A stretch of 63,833 nucleotides of DNA, counting the filler, from Bipalium vagum (Eukaryota): the NCBI GenBank assembly GCA_037834085.1. It is 3 parts of 3 records of this genome, joined end to end, with 100 filler letters (N's around TTAATTAATTAA, not from the genome) between each part and the next. Parts side by side here need not be neighbours in the genome. Positions count along the whole stretch, not along the records: positions 48,269 to 63,833 come from JBBMKC010159427.1; 2 more parts are not named here. The stretch is one strand, 5' to 3'. Of the stretch, positions 55,118 through 63,833 are shown in pieces. Below the pieces are notes generated by a model. The model saw only the letters and a list, made by a program, of their open reading frames with translations, did not search any database and was not told the origin of the DNA. Position 1 is the stretch's first letter. Each line of letters opens with the position of its first letter. A program made the translations under genes and the position numbers.

Positions 55118-57306
55118 TAAATATTGGAAATTAATTATTTATGTAAAATACGTTTGAAGTTTCATAATTTTAATTTATTATTTATTGATTTTGTTTTATT
55201 TTTATGGTCCCTCTTTTCTGTTACTCGTGACATTTCGTCTGCTTTTATTCCACCTCTGTATATATCAGAAAGGGAAAATTTAAACAATTTATTTTTAAGT
55301 GGATATGACTTTCAATTCTTTATTAAACAGAAATTTTGATTGCCGAATATTTTGATCTTTTTTTCCAAATATTTTCCAAAAAAATATTTATAAACTTTAA
55401 ATAGATTTTAATTTATATTAGTATAAGTTTTTTTTTGTGTGATTAAGAATGGAGAACGTTCAACTTTTCAGAAATTAAAAAAAATTTTTATTTTTTTATT
55501 GAAAATTATTTTAGATAAAAAAATTTTTTTGATGATTTTATTAAATGTCTTTTTTATTTTTCGAGATTTAGGAATTTACGGAAAATTAAAACGAATAAAT
55601 CGTTCAAGGAGACTTTGACTGAAAGATAAATGTGAAAACTTGACGATGTGAAATTTTGAGAATAAAATTTATATAACAATAATGCGAGTTTTATTGAATA
55701 AAATTTGGTTTCATAATTATTTATTTGTTAACAAAAATGTTTTTTTAAAGATATTTTTCAAAAAAAAATTAAATAACATTTTAATTACAAGCAATGTTCT
55801 ACAGAGATTTAACAATATATTTGGTTGGCGAGAAAGTAATTGTCGATTTTACTTAGAGAATTTTAACTTCAATTGGACTGTATTTTAAGTAAAATAATCA
55901 TTGTTTAAATAATATTAAAAGATATTCGATGTATTCCAATCAATTCAGTCAGTCATAGATTGCTTTGTTTTGTTTTGCTAGAGATGGTACATGTTCTTGA
56001 TAACCAGGGACAATCAAAAATTTAATACAGATATTGTTTCATACTTTTTGTTACTTCTAAAAAGTCGACTCTTATTTTCTTGCCAATCCAACATTTACAA
56101 AAACAAAATTTATTTTTCAAAATAATATACAGAGTCGTTTTATATTTATTCTTTGTAATAAGATTTGTCAAAGTTAGATAACTTCAATATTTAATCTGAG
56201 TTTTCGAGTGGCAAGTCAGTTTTTGTGTCTGGAAATCGAAACAATTAGAATTTATGTTTTTTATTTATTTAATTATTTCTCTTTTGTAATATCAAGAGAT
56301 TCCTATGTAAGCACATGTCAAGGATAAAAATCTGTGAATTTTTATAAAGTAGTCTTTATTATTCTTTGATTCGGTGTGCGTAACCATTTTTCTTCATAAA
56401 GAATAAGATATTTGGTTAGTGTAAAAATAATGTAATCAGCTTACCTTTATATGATTAGCAGTATTTCTTTAGGGAGAGCAGTAGTTTTTGATAAAATTAT
56501 TATTTATTTTATTTATTATTATTATTTTTATATTGATAATTATATATACAATTGATTGTACATTGATTTTATATATAACTGATTTTATATATGATAGATC
56601 GAAAATTCAAAATTCGTGCATCTCTTCTATATGATTTTAAGCATGGCAAAAAAGTAAAGGTTTCCCATGTATTAATAGTTATGAATGAGATAGTTGTATT
56701 TGTTATTTTATTAATAAATAAAATTTATTAATTATTATTTTATTAATAAAATTTTAATTTATTTATTTCGACTTCGATAAATATATTTGCCATTGACAAG
56801 TTTAAAATGATGGTTCTTTAAAACAATTAAACATTTCATAGAAATTACAAATTTTCGTTTCAAAGTATTTATTTTTTGAATATCAAATTTCATTATGATT
56901 GTATTTTTTTGTTTTTACTTATTGAACTATTCGTCAACATCAGAATTGTGAAACTAAATAATGAGATTTAACTAAGATATTTCCTCTAAAGTATCACGTC
57001 CTATTTCAGAAAGTATATAAATGTTACGATAATATTTTATGATATGTATTGAATTTATAAAAATAATAATGGAATCAAGCACCTGGATCTAGAACATGTA
57101 ACCAATTTGTATAATGATAATATTACATGATATTAATTACAAATATAAATTATAGTTATTGTATGTTTACGTTTAAATGAAACATAATTAAATAATTATT
57201 AAGAAATTTAAAAAATATCAAATATTAAACAGCAAATACTAAAAAATATGGAGTTCAACAAATGTTAGATAAGACATTAAAGTAGTCAAAGAGATATCAA
57301 ATAATA

Positions 57307-57602
57307 TAGGGTTGTTGCATAAGTCTTTTTCGATAAATCTGTATCTGTTTCCTCCAATAAAATCTTCAATTCGTGAAAATATGTACAAAAATCCCGAAGA
57401 ACTTTTAATAAACAAAAAATGGTTCTGGTCAAAAGCGCCTAAATTCTTTTTAGATGGAATAAGACAGCTTCCAAATCGTTGGCAGAAATCTCTTGAAAGT
57501 AAAGTTGATTTTTTTCAACATTTGAGAGACAGTTAAACTGTGTTTTCCATATATTTCATCAAATAAATGTTTTTGTCAGAAAATACTTATGCAACAATCC
57601 TA
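57307..57602 (+). mobile_element. Internally deleted mariner (~296 bp) with both TIRs
   Basis: Left end TAGGGTTGTTGCATAAGTCTTTTTC; right end reverse complement TAGGATTGTTGCATAAGTATTTTC; TA flanks. The interior encodes only the C-terminus KKWFWSKAPKFFLDGIRQLPNRWQKSLESKVDFF. Confidence 0.85.
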
Positions 57603-58058
57603 TATAACTACACTGGTAAAACAATACACTATACACAATAAGGAAATGGTCAAATTTGAATGTGATTTGAGTGAAATCAATTTTGGAATTTTCTGAGATG
57701 TAACTTAATAAGTCTATCGGTTTTCTTTCTTATATACCATTTCTATTTTAAATTCAGCATTTTTTCTTGCACGTCAAATTGTAATTGTTTATACGAAGTT
57801 AACGTTCAACTATATTTAAAATTCAAAGGTAAATGACATGAAAATGTGTACCTAATATGAGAAGACTAGTTTTTAGATATTTTTTAAGGATCACACAGGT
57901 TGATGAAAAACTAATAAATGAAACTGGTTTTAGAATTAATGAAAATACTGTTCTGGGTATTTTATCTTTTTAAATGTAAAATTTTACCATTAGGTTTACT
58001 ATGGTGATGAAAAAGTACATGCTCAAAATTATATACATATTTATTTACAACAATAACA

Positions 58059-58270
58059 CTACTCTTCAAAATAAAGTCCACCAGCTTCAGTGATTTTACG
58101 CCAACGATCTGCTAGCATTCTTATCTCAAAAGTACCAATTTCTTTGTTTTGATTTGAAAAAGTCTTTACAAGCAAAAATGTCTTTATAAGATATTTTTGA
58201 AGACGAATTTTTGCATTACCGTAGTATGTATATTTATACGCGATGGAGCTGTAATCGAAAGTCCCGTGGT
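58059..58270 (-). mobile_element. Mariner transposase C-terminal fragment
   Basis: Reads FSNQNKEIGTFEIRMLADRWRKITEAGGLYFEE* (canonical GI..LP.RW.KV....G.YFE). Confidence 0.7.
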
Positions 58271-58889
58271 TGAAATAATTTTATAAAAGTAAATGACGCA
58301 GTCCTGAAAGCAATAGAAGATTTGATGGAATCTAATCCTAACCCAATAAAACAAAAAAGATGCTATATTATTTGAAAGTTTTTTTGTCTTTCTTTTTTTG
58401 AAGTTACTCCAAAAAATAACACTATTTTTTTTCTTTCAAAATACGTAGGCTATGTGAGACCTTGATATTTATAAAAGGAAATAATAATATTTCTATTACG
58501 TTAATTATTTTAAAATAATTATTGTAAAATGAGATATTATATATTATTTTATTCATTATGAATAAATTATGATAAGAGGATATTTATTGATGAACTAGAA
58601 AGGGGAAAATTACTACAAGCAGTAACATAAGATAAGTATCAAAATGTATCATCTGACTAAGCTCATCTGGAAGTTAGCACAATAAATACTATGGATTACG
58701 TCAACTGGAAAGCTGTAACTTGGAACAATACAGGAATATCATTGAGCTTGAGCTTGAGGTTCAAAGAATACTGCTTATCATATTATACTATCTTCAAGGT
58801 CCTCTGGGAATGCAGAGTTTATGAAATTTTGGGATTATCAGGAGTTTACGAAAATATATTTTCATTTTAGATGATTATAATAACGCTTA

Positions 58890-58908
58890 TCATTATTATT
58901 ATTAATAA

Positions 58909-58944
<36 letters not shown>

Positions 58945-58970
58945 GTTATTATTATTATTATTATTATTAA
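58890..58970. repeat. (ATT)n microsatellite
   Basis: Long imperfect ATT run. Confidence 0.9.
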
Positions 58971-60365
58971 ATTTTTCCTATCAAAATTCGTAATAACACC
59001 AAAGATGTGATAATTTATTTTAATAAGACCTCTTAAGAGTTCGGTTTATTTATTACTTTTAATAATTTCTCAGAAAGCCGTATATGGATGGGTTATCATT
59101 ATGGAAAACTTTATATATGAAATATTAATAAATTTTACAATTAGAATAGAATTGGACAATAGTAAACACAGTAATTGACATTTCCAAATAAATTCTTCGA
59201 AAAATATTTGATTTGCTCCATGAAACATGAAAATAATTTTCTTGGAATAATTTACTTTCGAACTTATTTAGAAACATTTTTTAAGACAAATTCCTTGACA
59301 CAATTCACTGATCTCGATCCTCTTTCCAAATAAAACCTCGAAATTATCAATCCTTTGGCGTCTTATTGTTAATGACACTCGACTTTTATCCTTTATCTTT
59401 TTGCTCAGAGATCAATTACCTTTGCTATTTTTTTTTAATAAATAAATTATTTAATTAATGATAGCTCTATTATTATTATTATTACTATCATTATAGTAAT
59501 AAATGTAGTAATAATAACAATAATAATAATCACAATAATTTTAATTTTAATAATATTATTAATAATAAGAAAAAATAAATAATTAATTAATTATAATGAT
59601 AATAAAATGTAAAAATTAAATAAATGCAACTTCAATATACGAAATGAAGCATGAAATTTTTTCAAATAAATAAAATTTATTGTAGAAAGATCAAAGTAAA
59701 TCTGTCGTCACCAGTATTAACTTGTCAATGACTGAGAATTAAAGTTTCATAGGACGTAGTAAATTTGTAAATATTATTTTTATGTTTTTAATCCTTCAGA
59801 CATATTTTTTGATACGGCTTTCAATGATGTTCTGAAGGAAAACAAATTGTCAAAAACCAAAACAGAAATAATTTTTTATATGAAATTAGATGAAAATCTC
59901 TACTATCCTTTTATATATAAATATNNNNNNNNNNNNNNNNNNNNNNNNNNNNNNNNNNNNNNNNNNNNNNNNNNNNNNNNNNNNNNNNNNNNNNNNNNNN
60001 NNNNNNNNNNNNNNNNNNNNNNNNNNNNNNNNNNNNNNNNNNNNNNNNNNNNNNNNNNNNNNNNNNNNNNNNNNNNNNNGCCATTTTATCAAGTTTGAAT
60101 TATAGAATTATTTAGTGTTATTTCCATTGCAAAGAGTTTGGTAAGTATCGAATTTCCATTAACAAATTACTCCCAACATTGTGGAAGACTTAATAATTAT
60201 TATTTATTACAATATACATGAATATAGAGATGCGTGCTTTTTATGTTTTTTTTTATTCAAAATCCGAGTGTAATATTTTGACATTTTTTGTCTGGTCTAT
60301 CAAAAGAGAGATTTGCATAAAAATGGATTTTGAAGAAGAAAAGATGTAAGCTAAAACAAATCCAA

Positions 60366-61028
60366 TTAATAGGGAGAAAAGAATCCTCTGAAGTTCCGTA
60401 GGATGCCTTGTGTCACGACAGAAATCGGTGAATGCTCACCAGTCTTGTTTGAAATGAATATTTCCATAAATGTATGGAAATAAATACATTCATTCATTAA
60501 CGTAGGTTATTTTTTTGTTTTAATCATTGCAAGAAACGTACTTGACAATTGTTTTCAATCTGATTTCTGAAATTGTTAAGCAGTTCCTTGATTTTGTTGA
60601 TGAAATTGTTCTGTTTCATTTGATGTTTGGCCTTTATACAGCTGTTGTTGATGTGAATGAAAAGATGTCGAACCAGACCCAACCATGCTCGTAAAATGGA
60701 CCATGAAATCGGGATTTCAGTCTGAGAATGGGTTTGAGTTGAACTGTTCGATGACGTTTCCTTGGGGATGCTGCTACTAATAGAGAAAAAATGTCATAAG
60801 AAAATCAGTGGTTTTTCACAAATACTTTAGAACAATGATTTGGCTGACATTGGTGAGAAAATTTATGTCTGTCATCAAGCATTTGTTGATAACCAAAACA
60901 GATTTTTCGTGGTTACTGCATAAATGATGTAAGCATCTGTACATGGCTTCCAACGTTTCGCCGGACCACAATTGGAATTTTTCTGTTGTCACTGAAAGAG
61001 TTTTTAATATAGAGTCCAGCACTTTTGT
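60366..61028 (-). CDS. Last three exons of an alpha-helical (ARM/HEAT-like, possibly rotatin-like) protein gene; 5' part not located
   Basis: complement(join(60366..60443,60542..60776,60826..61028)), with 49- and 98-nt GT-AG introns that are phase-consistent. It reads TKVLDSILKTL...EAMYRCLHHLCSNHEK...SWSILRAWLGLVRHLFIHINNSCIKAKHQMKQNNFINKIKELL...SPISVVTQGILRNFRGFFSPY*. A TTTTCAG acceptor precedes 61028. The family assignment is weak. Confidence 0.72.
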
Positions 61029-61286
61029 CTGAAAATTTGATCCATGTAAATTTCTTCTTTTAATTAAATATTGATTTAGATATTTATTAAAAACATAAAA
61101 TGTCATTTTACAAAAATCATTATGTAAAAATAATTTTCTAAAGAATACAATCTTTTATAATGTAAACGTTTTGCAACCAATTTTATTTTTATTTAAAATA
61201 GGATTGGTGAAGTTTTATCTAAAGGTTTAATTGTTTTAATAAGTTAATATAATCAAATTTAGATTCATTAAATTCGTTTTCGGGTA

Positions 61287-61520
61287 ATGCTGACAATTGA
61301 AGAACGCGTCGAAATCATATTACTGATGACTCAGATGAATTCGGCAACATCAGTAAGACGATATTTACGACAGCTGAAATGGAAAAATATATCAACAGTG
61401 AGGACCATAACCCAGGTCTTAACAAAACTTTAAAAAGTGACAATGTATACAATATTCCAAAGCTTGGTAGATCACTAATTGATGATAAAAAAATTCTCAG
61501 ATTTATGACGGACGTCCTAC
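61287..61520 (+). mobile_element. Tc1/mariner (rosa/DD41D-like) transposase N-terminal HTH fragment
   Basis: Reads MLTIEERVEIILLMTQMNSATSVRRYLRQLKWKNISTVRTI.../..VYNIPKLGRS. It resembles the N-terminal HTH ending in GSV.D.PRSGRP. Frameshifted. Confidence 0.6.
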
Positions 61521-62903
61521 AAAATCTGTTCGAAATGCTCTGCTAAAGAAATTGGATGCAGTTTTAAAACGGTACATAGTGCAATATTTTTTATTTATAA
61601 AATATTCTTTTCCTTAAATTTTTTTATGTTATATATCATATATACAGTACAAAGTATTTTAGTATACATAAATAGTTTCACAAATATTCCCAACTTGGAG
61701 ATAAGAGTTAGTGTCATTCTTCTGCAATGTCATTTTTATATATAAAAAGATAATAAAATCAAACACGCCGTCAATAAAAATGTTTAATGACAATACTCAA
61801 CAAAGATACTTGATCCATTTTTACGATTGTCAACTTATTCTGTTCTAAAAAATCTTCAAGGAAAAGGAAGAAATAGTACACGAAGATATTTTAAACTATA
61901 AAATATTTCATTTCAAAATATTATATTATTTATAGAAAATAACTAATTTATATTTATTGACTTTTTAAAAAATATATTATTAGAAAAACATAAATTATAT
62001 TTATTTATTCTCAAGTCATAATCTTTTTGTTTTTTTTATATTTGATAATATTTTTCCATATATTATTATTTCAAAATGACTTTAATTTAAAAAACTCATA
62101 ATAATTTTCATTTATAATAATATTTCTAAAATGCGTATCATTTTATTAAATTTCAATAATAATAATTTTTGTAATAATTTATAAAAATTGTACAAAAAAC
62201 GATAATTACACTAAATAAAGTTGATTTTTATTAAAATTTCAGAAAATTGAACTATTAATGAAAAAATAAGACCTTTGTAGTATTTAAAAAACTGTTTTTT
62301 TTATTAAAAAATAAAGAAAAAATAAAGAAAATACATATATACGTGGGAAAATATTTCTTAAAAATTATATAAATAAAAAGTTAAAAATTAAATTTTTATA
62401 AAAACTTTTTTATCAGAAATTTATGCACATATCTCAAAAAAAATTGTAAGAATTTTAGCCAATTAAATCTTGTTAAAATTACCTAAAATAGCCTGATCCA
62501 TGAATATAAATTTAAGATGACCATCACATTCCTAATGATAACTCATAAACCCTTTAACTAAAGGGTGACCTTTAGTGAATAAAAAAACCTTTGAAAACAT
62601 AGGGAAAACACCCCGACATAAATAACAAAATGAAAAACGTTTAATTGCATATTAACACTGATTTTCATTAATTAAATCAATTTTAATTCCTCTTCCAATT
62701 GTTAAATCAAATCAACCAGTAAAAAAAACACCCCCCCTCCGTGGTCCAAACAAAAGAAAAATGTTTGTATTTACCGCTCCCAATTTCACAAATCAAAAAC
62801 GGACGAACTAGCTAAAAAAACCCCAATACAATACAAAACAATAAAAAAAACGAATCATAAAGAAAAATATCGATTAATTTTTTTTTGCCATATTATATAA
62901 AAA

Positions 62904-63275
62904 ATGCATTTGTCTTGTTTCTATCTCCGGCAATGTTCAATCATCGTATATAGTCGTCTGTCATTTGGGCAAGATCCAATAATAATAATTTATGGGAATT
63001 CAACAACAACGGCAGCAGTGGCAAAGTTAAAAATGGAATATCTTTTGACCAAAGCCGCTCTGAATGGAAGCTATACGAACGCCAGGTACCAAGGAGGAAA
63101 AAATAGACGGAATTTTATTATTCCACACTCTCAACCCGGGCCGGTAGACATGAAACAAAATTTCCAATTTACTGTTCAACATGCCTTGACATGCAGTTTA
63201 TGGCAAAATCTCTGTTTTGTTCGAACGTCAATTGATTTTATTATTCGCAATGATTTTATTGATAAGCTTTATTGA
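62904..63275 (+). CDS. Unassigned 123-aa ORF
   Basis: The ORF sits in a locally GC-richer island and the antisense frames I checked contain stops. No recognisable motif. Confidence 0.2.
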   Translation: MHLSCFYLRQCSIIVYSRLSFGQDPIIIIYGNSTTTAAVAKLKMEYLLTKAALNGSYTNARYQGGKNRRNFIIPHSQPGPVDMKQNFQFTVQHALTCSLWQNLCFVRTSIDFIIRNDFIDKLY

Positions 63276-63833
63276 ATGATTACCACCAGCGGCAAATAGT
63301 GAATGTTTTTGAATCGGCAAACCATATCAATACATTATTGATATATTAAGATAACGATTTATTACAATTATATATTTGTTATGACCAGATATAAAAATTG
63401 GAGGGAAAATCGTCCGAGATTTTCTCTCTCTCTCTCTCTGTTTCTCCCGGTTTCTCCCGGTTTTTTTATTTATGTTCACGTTTGACGACGTTTTTTTTCT
63501 CCTTACGAATATTGTTTGGGGTCGTCGTTTTCGTTCGTAACGAATTCGTTACAGAGTCTCATGGAACGTGTCAATTGACTCAATTGAAAAACAACCGAGA
63601 GAGTCGCTGGAAACCGGCTTTCTATGTGCATGAGAATTGAACAGTTTTTTTTTACTAATCAATTGTGTTCAGTAAAAATCACATTTTGTGATTAGATCTA
63701 CCTTGTATAAAACAAAAAAAATGTCAACATCTTTTTTTTCACTATGTTTATGACACATTGTGATCAGGGGTTTGTAAATCGGTGTGTTTTCGATTGTTTT
63801 TGGTGTTATCTTAACCCTTTGATCATGTATTGA

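Noticed and set aside
59847-60105. ORFs spanning the N gap
   Set aside because: Artefacts of translating N as X.

Overview
AT-rich eukaryotic (animal) genomic scaffold with GT-AG introns, many only 40-60 nt long, and four N-gaps. The composition, intron size and Tc1/mariner load resemble a flatworm such as a planarian, but this is inference only. I reconstructed these genes by hand with phase-consistent splice sites: a 7-exon MKK4/MAP2K4 kinase (+, 1865-12380), a 2-exon TASK-type K2P potassium channel (-, 18811-24349), a 4-exon proteasome lid subunit PSMD12/Rpn5 (-, 25269-26752), a single-ORF class A neuropeptide GPCR (+, 33242-34465), an unassigned spliced coiled-coil gene (-, 38810-47627) and the last three exons of an alpha-helical, possibly rotatin-like gene (-, 60366-61028). 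The 6.6-kb second intron of MKK4 holds a decayed, intron-containing antisense gene of unknown family. Introns and intergenic DNA are full of dead DNA transposons: mariner (several subfamilies), Tc1 DD34E, ITm DD37E, maT DD37D, rosa DD41D, Merlin, pogo-type and MADE1-type MITEs, and a Polinton/Maverick polymerase relic. I found no rRNA, tRNA or CRISPR and no convincing wholly new system. The best leads are the nested antisense gene, the orphan coiled-coil gene, the GPCR lacking the NPxxY tyrosine, the Polinton relic and a palindrome-rich unidentified element at the window start. All family calls come from recalled motifs, not database searches.
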